A stretch of 64,000 nucleotides of DNA, from assembly GCA_001949185.1 (NCBI GenBank), contig BDGG01000005.1, positions 992,001 to 1,056,000 on the forward strand, in the 5' to 3' direction. Below are positions 1 to 12,929 of the stretch, in pieces (the stretch's first letter is position 1; every line of letters starts with the position of its first letter). The translations under genes and the position numbers were made by a program. The notes under the pieces were generated by a model. The model saw nothing but the letters and a program-made list of their open reading frames with translations, was not told the origin of the DNA and did no database searches. The stretch is from Ramazzottius varieornatus. Lineage: Eukaryota > Animalia > Tardigrada.

Positions 1-765
1 TTCGGAACCAGGACGTCTAGCTTGTGCTAGGCTTTTTGTTTCTTCACCTTTTCAAAACTTTTTGAAACGAAAATCAGTGAAATAGAATACTGTAATTCAG
101 GCCATGTGTGCAGGCCTAGTAAACAATGCACGAACATCAGCACTAAGAAAGGATACTGTATCCCGAAATCCGCCCTCCAAAGCCGACGATAAACGATTCT
201 ACTTTCCCTCCCTTTCTACCGGTACTTGACCAATTTTCTACTGATTCGAATTCGAGGCGAATTTTTCCCTAGAATTATAGTTTTGTAGGGTATACTACCA
301 GTTTTATTGACCGAAAAATTTCAGACGAAACAGAACGGAAAACGATCATACAGCTCTCGTACATACAGTGGTAAACATGGTGTTGCAAAACTTCATTCGC
401 CGCAAGTTGCAAAGTTGCTGCATGGTCAGTCTTGGTCATTGTCAGGTTCATTTGCGGTTTTATCGCGACCGCCATTGAAAGGCACGAGGGATCGGACATT
501 CTCCGATTGAGCTTACCATCTTCGGATGTCTGACGTCGTCCTCTCATTATGACTTCCGTCGGAAGACAGATTGCTTTTATGCTTCGCGCTGGGACAAACA
601 CTCGGGTTTCAAACCTCACTTTCGAAAACCCCAAGAGAATAGTACACAGATTTTGTGGCAGAGTGGAGTCAGTGGATAACAGACATTCTACGGAAGTCAG
701 AATTAGGACAAGGAAAAGAGTTCGTTGAGATCTACATACGATGGAGCGGAATCGCGGTTCGAACC

Positions 766-1496
766 TCAGAAGATGTCGTCGTCACCACCTCCGCCAGCTT
801 CGTCAAAGCCACCTTCATCGTCGTCAAAACCGACAGCTTCAGTGTAGTCGTCAGCAGAATCGTTGTCGGCTACTTGTTCCTCGTCTTCGTCTTCCGTATC
901 TTTAGTTTCGGTAGGATCAGCATCCATTTCATCGTCCTCGTTCTTCTTGGCGGCCACTCCAACTTCTTCGTCCTCTGTGTCAAGATCCGCGTTCTTCTCT
1001 TCCGCTAGCGCATCCAGAACCTTTGGCGCTTTGGCCCGGCTCGATGCTTTGTGCTTTCCATCGGGAGCACTGAAGTCCGGCCGTACTAGAACACCACCTG
1101 TAATGAAAGCTACCACGTGAATGTCTTCCTTCTTACGATTACATACAAATAGCCTCACTTGGTCTATAGTTCTGAAGAAGGTCTGTTCTTGTTTCGTCGA
1201 TCAGCTTCTTGTACTTCATCATGCCATTCAAGACCGCACGTTTTTTATCGCTAATGTAAGGCTCTGGAATGTTCAGAGGCTGAAAAGACGGGAGATTATT
1301 ATACCTAAGATAGACAGTATCAGCCAAACTCTCTTTAAGCAACGCAATGTCGATCAACCCTTGGGACGGGGCTAGATCCACTTACGGGATACAGACTAGT
1401 CGAAATTTCTTCGGCGTCTTTTCCGTGACTGCTGACGGATGTTATTCCAGGATGTCTCGTTGCTGATCCGGTTGGTGTAGTCGGACATGGTGCCAT
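766..1496 (-). CDS. RNA polymerase III subunit RPC7/C31 (POLR3G-like), 3 exons
   Basis: Splicing joins MAPC...SLYP | PLNIPEPY...NYRP | SGVLVRPDF... via GT-AG introns. The very acidic tail ends DDYTEAVGFDDDEGGFDEAGGGGDDDIF, like the DY...YFD...D tail of RPC31/POLR3G. Confidence 0.6.
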
Positions 1497-1990
1497 AGAA
1501 AAGCGTTGTTCACACGTCGTGCGGTCAGAGTTTCTTACGCCAAATGAGCATGCAGGATCCACCCGTAGGTATAAGAGATTCCGCAGTCCTCATAAACAAG
1601 AACTTGCTGTTCCCACTTCTAGACCTTAGGCTGAGAGGTCTCAGATCCAGTTCGGAAGTTCTGCGGTCCGCACAGTGTGACTTCCGGTTGAAGCCTTGAA
1701 GCTCAAATGAAAACAAATCAAACCTCTTCCCTCAATCAACCCAGTTGAGTGTCATGTTGTTATTGATATTACGTAAGATGTTTTACACTGGACATACTAA
1801 GATAAAAACTTGGTTAAGTTGGCTGTTGGTTTTCTCCACTTTTGCTTCTTCTGGATCTCGTCATTCTCGTACCCGAATCTCTCTCGCTGTTCTCTGTCTG
1901 CAGTCAGCTTCTAGGTGGATCCGCAACGCTGAATCGTGGACGGTTGGAGGATACAGCCGCGCCCTAGCTCTGGAGCCACCGACGGACAGG

Positions 1991-2795
1991 ATGACCGAAG
2001 AGGACCTGTACACGACCATCGAGGAGGCGGCCGGAAGAACGTCTCAGGATTTATCAATGGTTGGACAGAAGGCAGGCGGTCAAGATCTCAAGAACTTCAT
2101 CAAGAAGGCCTTCGTAACCAACAGGAACAGATTTGAAGACACGTACAGAAAGGTAAGCCTATTTTCGCTGCTTTCACCCGCAACCGGAAGTTGCAATACT
2201 CCCGTTTGCTTTCCTTTGGAGAATTTTCTTAGCTTTGGAGCTAAACCTTAGCTTCGGAACGATTACCGTTTGCTTTCCTTTGGAGAATTACCTTAGCTTT
2301 GGAGCTAAACCGAAGGCCAAAAAGAACAAGAAGAAAAAGTCTCCCAAAGGACTGTCCAGACGAGAAAGGAAGCTTCTGAAGGTGTATGACATCCCTAAAG
2401 AGCAGCAGAAGTACTCGTTAGTGGAGTCTCTTCACGAGCTGTGGTGCGGTTATATGGAGGAAACATTCCGTCTGTCTACCCTGCAACCTTCGCAAGTGTC
2501 AAATACACAAGAAGATTTAACCAAAGCTGATTATCATGGAGCGATGCTGAAAGTTCTGGAATCACCTAACAGCACTCTGGTGGGCCACGAAGGGATCGTC
2601 GTGAGAGAGACGAAGAACATGTTCCATATAATCAACCGCGATGATGAACTGAAGATCCTTCCTAAAAGCGTGTGTGTTTTCCAGTGTACTTGCCGCAATA
2701 CTAAAATCAAGATTTTTGGTAATAATTTCTGTGCGCGGCCAGCAGATCGGATCAAGAAGAAGTTGGGGAAACGACAGCCAATAAAAGTTCTGTAG
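1991..2795 (+). CDS. POP4: RNase P/MRP subunit p29 (POP4/RPP29)
   Basis: Motifs KGLSRRERK..YDIP, LHELWCGYM, KADYHGAML.V, GHEGIVVRETKNMF, LPKSVCVF and IFGNNFCARPADR are typical of Rpp29. The exon 1/2 junction is ambiguous because of a local duplication. Confidence 0.9.
2202..2311 (+). repeat. ~46 bp direct duplication at the POP4 intron/exon 2 boundary
   Basis: ccgtttgctttcctttggagaat....ttagctttggagctaaacc occurs at ~2202-2247 and ~2266-2311. Confidence 0.9.
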
Positions 2796-3268
2796 TCCTG
2801 CATTGAGCAATAATTCAATCTGCTAATTCCGCTTTAAAGACTTCCGATTTTCTTGATGTTCGAATTAATACCAAAGAGCTCGATATCGCCTTGAAAACCT
2901 ACGCATAAGTATGAGCAAAACTAGAGTTCTAGATCTGCCTTTCTTAGACGGAGTCTTGGTCAGTGGCCAACTCTGAAGAACTCGAGGGTGCTTCCGCGGA
3001 TGCTCGCGGGTGTCGGTTGACTCGGGTCGGTCATGGTACGTATAAGAGTCCGCCTCAGTTATACCTTTATCAACGCCATCACGAGCTGTTTTGGTTTTGT
3101 CTTTTTCCTCGGCCCTCATAAAATCCAGAATTCGTTTATCGCGCGAAGAGCATATCCTGCTCGTGGGTCTTTCCAGTTTTAGATGCCCTGACCATCTTGC
3201 TCGACGCACAACAGGAGCTGGGCTTCACCACTCACCAGGAAGCGCAGCGATCCAGTTTTCATCCGAAG

Positions 3269-6200
3269 ATGGAAGAGCAGCAGCATCATCCCATGGGAGG
3301 TGGCTCTGGAAACAACACGGAAAATCAACGTAAGTACCTTCACTCTGCTGCTCGCAATAAATGTTCCACCAAGAAGCAATGCTGTGTATGATTTACTGTA
3401 GTTAGGCTGTGAACACTGATAGGAAACTTGCGTTGATTGTTTCCGGTCTGTCCATGTTTCATGTTCTGGCTGGAGTAAGCGTTCTCTATGGAAATCAGCA
3501 TTCGTGACTGCGTGAAAGGCTTGCTTGAGGTTTTACGCAGGTAATAAAGTCTCGTTTTCTAGCTTGTTCCATGCGAGACATCGGGCTGGAATGTGCGGTT
3601 GTCTGGATGAAGTAGAGAAGCAATCACGGTGGCGGAATATTAGCAGGGGAAGATAGGTTATCAGGGCTCTGTTATCGAACAATTTCGAAGACTTTGGAGT
3701 TGTTATCATGCAGTTGTGAGTTTCGTTTACTCTCCCGATTTGTAGGGTTGCTCATCAGGCAAACTGTTAAGCTCGTGAAAGTGTTTCAGTCACACAACAA
3801 TGGACACTCGAGTGCTTTGCAAAGCGCAAACACCGCTTTCAAGTTCGACTTCCTTCTTCCCATTAAGTGCTGTAGATTGATGTCGTCATACTGTACGTCA
3901 GCTATCCGATTAGTGTTGGGTTGCTGTAAATCAGCCCGACGTGATGACATAGTGCGCTACTTGTGCGTGATCTGGCGTAGTTCAGTTGCTGATTGACTTG
4001 ATTAGCTTCCGTCACTCTTCAAAATTTGGTGATCACGCCATCGCGATGAGTGCCAAGAAGGGCAATCGTTTCGTCCGAATTTCTGAAAGTGTCAGCCTGT
4101 TCACATCTTGCCAAGGTTGGGAGATGGCTCCAAGTTTTTGGGACAGTTCCCTCATGCCATGAGGCTCATGGTATGGTTTATGTTGCAGATAAACGGGATC
4201 TGAATGTTGATGTAGATGTCTTGGACTCGTCGTTGTCAAGTCACATGGATCACCAAGAGTCGGTCCACATTAACATGGAGGCTCCACCGAATGACAAGGA
4301 GCAAGACGCAAAGACCGCTCCAACCAGCAAGTTTAACCTGCTGAAGAAGTTCAAGTCCAAGAGTTTCCTGATAAAGAAGCCCAAACCTGAAGCAGACAAC
4401 GCTGCCAATCTGACCACTAATGCTGACTCTAACGCTGGTCCCGATGCGAATCAAGACGAAGCAAACCTTGAGAAGAAGTTTGTGGAAAACGTTCCGGAAG
4501 AACTTTTCTGCGTATGGTCATTTCATTTCTTTCCCTGGCTTACAGGCGCGGTCTGTTTGCTCAAGGCGGACGAAGTCGAAGCTTCCCGAATCTCGGGCAG
4601 ATCATGGCTACCAAACTGAACGCTCTCAAAGAACTTCGAAACCATCACGAGGCGACGGAGGTCCCTCATCCTCTATCTCCCGGTGTGGAACTTTTCAGAT
4701 GTATGTTTATTTCTGATCAGCTTATTAGCTGTTTCGCTTTTAGTAGAAGCTGGTAAAGTGGAGTTTCCTGACATGATCAACTCACCGCCTCCTGGTGCCT
4801 CGGTTCCTCCCAATACGTCGAGCTCCGCGTGGGACTTTGAACCAATAAGCTTCCAGTCCGCTCTCACCGTTTCTACTGCGTCGTCCGGAAGTAAGAAGCT
4901 GGTCTTCGAAAGCCCTGGGCTGACTCCACCCAAGACCGCAGCCAGCGAGAAGCCGAGCGACGAACCCGCGGTAGAACAACCCAAAGACCTTACCGAACTG
5001 GCTGAAGCTGCCGAGAGCGCAAAGGGTACAATCCAGGTGAGCAAACGTAATAATACTCGAACAGGAAACTTAGTGTGGATAATCCCACGGCACACCTTTA
5101 ATACTTTTTAAAGATGATTGAATTTCCTTACCTCAGGAATTAGGCTGGATCAATTTTCTGGTGGACTGATTTTTCTGGATTTTCGTCACGGTCGATGCTA
5201 AGCTCTGGGAAAGTTGGGCTAAATGGCGCGATTAAGTACATCGCCAACGATGCCTAAAACACTGCAAAAAATTCTACCTGCTAGTAGGAGGCTCGAGGGA
5301 GGCCGGCAAGGTTCTTGATGGTTCTCTTCCCTTCATGGAGTGTGTGTAGGTTTCTGGGCAAACACTACTGTGGTGTGTGATGGAGACCAGTTGAAGTGGA
5401 AATTTTCTGTCAATTACCGGGCCGCTGTCGGCTCTCAAAGTGACACGGGAGTAGTTTAGATTACTCGTTTGAGTTTCGGCGTGCTTATCATAAGTGAGCA
5501 AGGAGGTGCGATGCATTATAAAGGAGGCATGTAGGCTTGCTGAAACGATTAACGACCACTGAGAGCTTCATGGAGGCCTCCTTTGGTCTTCCATCAGTTT
5601 CAGGGAGAGATCATCAATGGAAAGTCCCGTCGCGATCGATAGGCCAGCTAGATCAATACGAACATACATATCGTTGTTTTGCGTCAGTATCTGTCGAGGT
5701 CCTCCGCGACTGAAGGTCGGCATACGCGGCCAGAAAGCCCTTATGTTATGGTTAGTTTTACGAACTAGCGTGTGTATTTCACAAAATTGATGGCTTACAC
5801 AGTACAATACTCGAAAGCCTTAACAAGTTAACCACGCCCTTATGCAAACAAAAAAGCCGAATGCGCATTGCAGCCAGTCTTTTTCTTTCGGGGTCCGCGA
5901 CAGAAAACGTTTATACTATTGCGTTGCTTAATCTGGTCAGTTTTCCTTGCGCGTAGAATCATCTTGACTTGAGACAGCCGGCAAACCTTTTCCTTCCCTG
6001 TAACTTACGGATTCGGCACCTAATCGATTCTGTTTTCTGTGGGATTAGCATCGGTGTAAGCAGCTGGTTTTAATGACGGGATTTCCTCCCCCATTTGACG
6101 TGCGCAACATCGATGTGGACCGTCTTACTGATGTCGATTGATGATTACTGGCTGAGATAGAATTTTTTTCTTCTCGTTAATGCGTCTGAACCGGATTACC

Positions 6201-9200
6201 AATTTTTCGCCTTCATCTTGTCACACTGATATCGCGTGATCAATCGAATGTTGGGACTTCTTCCGGACGAGGAGCTTATGCTGTTATGCGAAGCGTGATG
6301 GCTCGCTTAACCCCAAAAACAAAGCCGGAAAATCGCTTCCGTTAACATTATTATTCAGGGAACTTTTGTGTCTGACTTTCTGGCTGGGAAAGACTTTTGG
6401 CTTGGCGGATTGCATGTTTGTGCACCGCCTTTTCTTCTTCGTGGAATTCCTTTGCTACAATGAAGAGCTTTCTTCGATCGTATGGCTCGCATAAGAACAA
6501 GAAAACCATCGTCGAAATTGAAGACGAGGCGGAATCGGAAGAAAAGCGGGTAACTCGATCTTTCTTTCCTTTATTGCAAACACAACTCAACATTGCCTTT
6601 GAGTAGAATGTTAATTACTGCATGTTTTTACCAGAATGCTTCCAACTCCTGCTTTCGTCTCCCTAGTCCTCGCTCGCCCTTTTCGAAACGTAAATTCGTT
6701 AAGCATCGCTCCGAAGCTGCAATTAACCCTTGCGTTAGCGAACGTCGGTCTTCCACATACTCCTGGCAGCGAAGTGCTAGGGGAGAACAGACTACAACTT
6801 CCGGTGGGGCTATTCGAGAAGAGAATGGCTTTGCTGAATCAGAGCCATCTGTGGGTTCTCTGCATGGCGATAAAGCCGTTGAGTCGACGGAACCTGCGGC
6901 TGCTCTTTCCGATTCTTCTGCCAAGACAATGAATGTCACTTCGTCGACAGCTGAAGAGGTGCTCTTTCGGTCGATGTGAGGTGCTTATTTCCGTTTCTAT
7001 ATTGCGTTACGGGTGCCGAACTTAATTCCTTCATGTCGCTTGAGTGCACCGAATATTGACTTTTGCGCGCAAACTTAAGTGACATTCCACACATTACCTC
7101 TGGGCATTTTACTTGATTGTTATTATTAAACATCTACAGTCAATTATCACTACTGATTAATTTTCCAATATTTTCTCTCGAATCGCGTGCACTTCCTCCT
7201 TCATTTCCGGTGTCTGCTCGGCTGGCTTGCTAGATAATCTATTCAGGGTCCTCTTTTCTATTATTGACATGTTGCTTTCGTTTTTGTTCTGAAATGTGGA
7301 GGTCGCGAAGGAGGAATACATTTAGGGAAAATACACTAGGGAGAAGTTCCCCCGTGCAAGGAACGTTGCTCGGTGGCTTATCTCAGTTACTACAAAATGC
7401 AGAGTGCATGCTTGACTGGGTTGGTTGGGTTGCCTCTCCGTTTCTCGTCCAAACAAACCATCCGCAAGTCTGGCTTGCCTGATAGATAATTATTAGTGCG
7501 GAAAACGGAAAACGTGAGACGTCAGCAAATGACTTGAACATAACCGTTATTCCAATTGGCGCACACTTTGAGCCAATAACAATGCCAACGTGCGTCACTT
7601 GAGATACTGATTTGCTGGCGCACCATTTTTTTGTTGAGTAAACGCTCTTCGTTAGTTTATTCGTGTGTTTCTGCTTTCTTAGAATAAGTTCTTGGAAGGC
7701 AAGCCGGAGCCTCCAGCTCGCACCGTTGGAGTGACCAAAGGTAAAGCATGGGTCAACAGTGTCACCATTTTCCTGTACGAAGCCAAGCATCTGCCCGCCA
7801 TGGACACCAACGGTCTCAGCGACCCTTTCTGCAAGTTCAAGCTGGGCGCCGAAAAGTACAAGTCGCGCACGGTCCACAAGTCACTCAACCCTCGATGGAT
7901 GGAGCAGTTCGTCCTGTATATTTACGAGTCGGACAGTCGCAAGCTGAACATCACCGTGTGGGACTGGGACCGCGGTATAAAGAATGATTTCATCGGCAAG
8001 ACCACGCTGGACTTGGACACGCTGGAGAGCGAGAAGCTGCACGACTTGTGGCTGGAAATTGATGATGACCACGGTGCACAAAATACCCTTCTCTTTCAGT
8101 GATTTCAGGAACTCGAAAATAATGAAGGTTTTTTTGCTCCCAGGTGCGCCTTGTGGCAGTGTTCACTTGTCGGTCATGATCAGCGGTAAAAAGTTGATCT
8201 CTGCAGCGGGAAAGACGGGCAAGGAGGGGGAGGTGACCAAAGAAGAAGTTGACGCTGCGTTGATAGACAAGTATGGCTTGAAGAACACGATGAAGTGCAT
8301 GGGCGATGTCGGAACGGTAACCGTTAAGGTAAAAGAGATTTTTTGGAACAATTGGGTGAACTTCGACAAAAAGTGAGTAATTCAGGGGATCGAACCAAGG
8401 CGGCCCAGTATCGTAGGGTTAGTCTGGTGGTTTGCCACTGTGCGGACAAATTTTCGCCGAGTCATGAATCAGGTGTATACGGTGGGAACATGAAAACCGA
8501 AATAATAGGAATTTGGATTTCGATTAGGTCTTTCGGGGATATGGTTTGCGCGCGGCTGATTTGAACGGGAAGAGTGATCCGTACTGTGTGTTGCAACTGG
8601 TGAATGCGCGTATGCAGACACAAGTGGAGCTCAAGACACTGGATCCCGAATGGAACCGCGAGTTTACATTTCCTGTCAACGACATCCACGCTGTGTTGGA
8701 TGTGACAGTCTATGACATGGATCAAGATAAAAAGTCGGATTTCCTGGGTCGTATCGCGGTGCCCCTGCTGAAAATCCATAATCGAGAGCGACGCTGGTAC
8801 GCCTTGAAGGATCAGAACTTAATTGGCCGTACCAAGGGATCGATCCTGCTGGAAATGGATATGCTGTACAATCCGGTCCGCGCTGCTGTACGGACCTTCA
8901 AACCCAGAGAAGCTCGTCTGAACCAAGAAGAAACGAAATTCCGCCGTCAGGTAAATTAATGAGAAATGATAATGTAAAAACCGGTCAAAAAATCGATCAT
9001 TTTTCAAACTACGCACGCGTCAAGCCAACCATACTGAAAACATGCGCCGGTTGGGAAAACAATCTTGTCGGGTGTATTTGCCGAACTCCCAATTTTTCTT
9101 ACTTATTTGACTGTATCAATTTTGTTTCAGGTATTGCTTCGAAATGTCCATCGAATGCGAAGTATCGCCGCTCCGTTTGGTGAAATGGCTCAGTTTGCCC

Positions 9201-10363
9201 GTAGTTGTCTTCAGTGGGAATCCAGAAGCCGCTCAATTACAGCCTTCTTCGTTTACATGCTTTCTGTATACTTTTTCGAGTTGTGGATGGCTCCGGTTGC
9301 CCTCCTAGGTATCTTCCTGAAGCACTATGTCAAGCAGCAGCTCGTCCAGACAACTTACGCCCGCGATCCTCACCATGACGAACTGATGGAGTACGACGAC
9401 GTCGTGCTAGAGGAGGACGAAGACTGGATGGAAGAAGACCCCAACAAACTTCCGTCGGTCGTCAACAAGATGGGGAGCAGCAACAACATCGTCCACAAGG
9501 TGAGCTCTTCTTGTGTACTTTCCACCATTCCCTAACATCTTTTAAAACATAAATGAAAGGCAAAGAACTGAACAGCCTAGTAAGCGCGCCCAACTGACAA
9601 CGGTCACCAACCTGCGTACATAAATCAACGTGTATGTAGACGTCTTGGCGTATGGTGGCTGGCGACTGTCAGTAGACTGAATACATAATGAACTGTATAG
9701 CCCATAGAAGAAAAAATGTATGCATGCGCAGAGTAAGCGACATGACGAAGCAACGGTGACCGTCATCAAGCTGCATACATCGTGGTGAGTATTGGCACGG
9801 TGCGATCGTATGCAAGTGGACAGAAACTGGGCCTTCTTGTTCTCCGATATCTAGAGTACCATCTTATGTTTCTGTTTGGAAGTTTGAAGTTGTTTTTGCA
9901 GGTTAAATTGGCTCAAGAACAGCTTCGTCTGGTCCAGAATCTTTTGGGTTTTGCCGCGGACTTGTGCGAGCGCATGCAGAACACGGTGGCGTTCGCGGTT
10001 CCCTGGTTGTCTCACTTAGCCGTCATCATCCTGGCCGTTGTAGCTGTCGTTTTGTACTTCGTTCCGTTACGTGCCATCCTCTTGATTTATGGCGTTCACA
10101 AGTTCACAAAGAAGTTGCGGAAGCCCCATAGTCTGGGCAACAATGAGCTGCTGGATTTCATGAGTCGCGTCTATACAGTAGAAGAAGTCAAGCAATACCG
10201 CGAGTTCCGTCCCCGTGAAGTTCCCGGCTTTGTCCCCAACCGCCAAGTGCGTGAGGCTGTCGAAGAAGATACCCCGTCGTCCGGTGAAACCAACGGTCCG
10301 GCTAAACTCTTCCATCGTGCTAGCACAAAGATTCGACTGAACCCACCACAGAGATTCGACTGA
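3269..10363 (+). CDS. MCTP: Multiple C2 and transmembrane domain protein (MCTP); N-terminal exon structure uncertain
   Basis: C2 domains LPAMDTNGLSDPFCKFKLGAEKYKS and LRAADLNGKSDPYCVLQLVN, then SCLQWES..RSITAF, hydrophobic helices and a PRT_C-like tail (VPWLSHLA...VPLRAILLIYGVHKFTKKLRKP...NNELLDFMSRV). Upstream exons 3269-3329 and 4189-5037 are inferred from splice sites. Confidence 0.9.
6460..6975 (+). CDS. Probable alternative first coding exons of MCTP
   Basis: ATG MKSFLRSYGSHKNKKT...EEKR|gtaact, then cag|NASNSCF... exon ending before gtgagg; lies in the long MCTP intron, same strand. Confidence 0.4.
7518..7620. mobile_element. Palindromic mini-element (TGGCGCA-N27-TGCGCCA family), MCTP intron
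   Basis: Core 7557-7597, tggcgca-27nt-tgcgtca; left arm gacgtcagcaaatgac. Confidence 0.7.
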
Positions 10364-11142
10364 ACCTGCCTTAGATTTCCTGTGCTTTTTTCCCCTAGAG
10401 CCTTTTGTGAACTGAGTTTCTCCATGTTTTAACAGTCCAACTTCTACCAAAGCACACGATAAATTTCTCGAAAATTTCTCCCATGTTAGATTTTATTCAA
10501 GAGGAGTTTTCGAGGGCTGCCGTCTTTCGTTCCCTAATAATGGATTAATTTTTAATTTTATCTTGTCTAACTTGCCGGTTCTTCCGCATTTTCCGAGTTC
10601 AGCTTTCACTAATCAACTCTGACGGTGAATAAAAGAAGAGTTTAATTATCAAACTGAAATTTCTAAATATGGAACTTGATTGAAACTACGTATGGCTGGC
10701 GTATGGGTGTTTAATTCTCCAGCCGCATTTTCCACATGCTTTCTGTGCTTTGCATAATTATATACATCTACTTTCAAGTTCAATCCACTGCGTTGCGGCG
10801 ACCCAGCTCTTCAGTCTTGCTGATGATATCTCTGACGAGACTAATGAAGTGGTTGTCACAGACTGTGACACTCGACAGCAAGGCCCTCGAGACCTGCCAA
10901 CAGCGAAAGGAAGTGCGAGTCCTTCTGATTATACCCCAGCTTATCGCTAACGAGCGGTGCCACTTCGGAACCAACGTAGCATGGCCTTGCTAGCAGGAGC
11001 TTCCTCGGCTACAGATACCACGTCGTACATAAAAAGTCTGCGAGATCCACCGCACCATCACACTGTCACTTTACGTATCGTACTGTAATCTGCCGGTTCC
11101 AAGTTTATTCTACCTGTAAAAGTTCAGACGACAGCAATCGCG

Positions 11143-11532
11143 ATGGAGTCCACGTTTCTGTGTGCTGTTATTTTCGCGATGGCGATTGCTTTGGCGCGTG
11201 AGTACAGTTTCCTTGACGTTGACGCGAAAAGAGCAGTAGCTATGATGTGGTAATTACATCTTGCGAGTCTAATGTCGGATCTTACAGAATGCGCACCGGT
11301 TGAGCGGGGAAGGCGAGGAGCTCTGGGCGGAGCCGCACTGGGAGCTGGAGCAGGCGCACTAGCAGCAGGACCGGTTGGTGCCGTCGTAGGCGGAGTGGTC
11401 GGCGCGATAGCGGGAGAAAAAATCAAGGACGCCCAAAAGGATGCGGCCAACGCCAACGCAGCCGCCCATGCTGGAGGCAACACCCATGCTTTGGCACCGG
11501 CGGCCAACAGCCAGGGTGCTGCAACCGGATAA
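11143..11532 (+). CDS. Small secreted glycine-zipper precursor, 2 exons
   Basis: Signal peptide MESTFLCAVIFAMAIALA, phase-1 intron gtgagt...cttacag, then QCAPVERGRR/GALGGAALGAGAGALAAGPVGAVVGGVVGAIAGEKIK. TATA-like tacataaaaag near 11026. Confidence 0.8.
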
Positions 11533-12355
11533 CCTATCGAAGAGCGGTCTTCTGTTCCCTCATGGCTCCACAAAGAAATCAAACCTTCAAGATTCATTGT
11601 CGATCCATACTAGAAAAAAAAACAACTGTCGTTTGACTTACTTCTCAAGGTTTAAACATGTGTAATTCGGCTTCGGATGATTGAGCTTCCGAACCTCATC
11701 AAACGTTTTGTAAAACTTCAAGCAAAATTCAATCTGGAAACAAATCTACGACAGGCGTGAGACGTCCCTAACAGGCTAGCTGGGTTGTTGCTCGCAGGGT
11801 AAAGTATAAATTCCGCCGCGGAATAATGTCATCTGAACCCATCATTTTCTGACCATTCATCCATTTTCGGCTCCATCACGATTAGCGAAGATGGGAATAG
11901 ATGTTGGCGGAAATCTGAAAAGCCCATTGGACGCACTGCCCATCTTGATCATTGTGGCCATCATGCCTCTAGCAATGCATGTGTAAATGCTTGGTTATTC
12001 CCACTATCGCGCCAAGCGCGCCCATCAGTATCAAAGCCAACCAGTAGTTGTGCAGCAGGATGACGCAAAGAAAAACGGGCCCGTGGAGACCGCAGTCTAA
12101 ACTCCCTAACCACAACCTAATTATGAGTTAGGGTTCCGCAGTTGGGCAATCGCCCGGAAAAACGCGTTTCATTCTCGTCATCCTCCCCGTTCTCGGTCCT
12201 GTTAAAGGGTCTGTTAAAGACAATGTTAGGAGTGAAGTGAATAGCCCCAGCTCAGGCCCATGTTTCAGTACAGTTTTGCAAACTTCAGAACCATCAATAC
12301 CGCAATCGGATACCATGAGCGAATGGTTGAACTAGCAGTTCTTGTGATCGAATAT

Positions 12356-12749
12356 TTTTTTCTTCCAAGCGGGGCGGAGTTGTGCGATATAAAACTGAAC
12401 ACAGTTAAAGTTGAGGCCACAATTTGATGGCTTGAAGTCGAGACGAATTTCAAATGCATCTATGCTTCTTCGCACTGCCAACAATTTCGCCGACAGGACG
12501 TGTGTCGGCCACCTTCCTTTTCCGAGATATTTCCCAACTACAGCCCAAAATTAAAAATCTGACTTTAAATTGAAGAATCAGAACCTGTGAGCAAGATCGC
12601 CACATGTCCTATCGGCGACATTGCTGCGGTGGCAAGAAGCATAGATTGCATTTTGAAATTCGTCTCTACGTCAAGCCGTCAAATTGTGGTCTCAATATTA
12701 GACGTGTTCAGTTTCATATCTCACAACTCCGCCCCGCTCGAAATAAAAA
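12356..12749. repeat. Fold-back inverted repeat (~150 bp arms, ~95 bp spacer), MITE-like
   Basis: 12356-12504 is the diverged reverse complement of 12601-12749; the ORF track gives the near-identical peptides LKFVSTSS(H/R)QIV...FSFISHNSAPL on opposite strands. Confidence 0.85.
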
Positions 12750-12929
12750 GGTGTTTTCCCAAGCCGCAGACGCTTTCTTACAACTTGTGATGTACTATAG
12801 TATAATGAAACTAGATACCGAAATCTACGAAATACTACCCCATGGTCTCTATGAAACTAAGGAGCATTAGTAAATACTGGAAGCAGGATGAGTGCGAACA
12901 AAGTTGCAGAGCCAGAAACTCACCGTCAC

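Noticed and set aside
10736-10993. Short ORFs between MCTP and the glycine-zipper gene
   Set aside because: No recognisable motif or splice structure.
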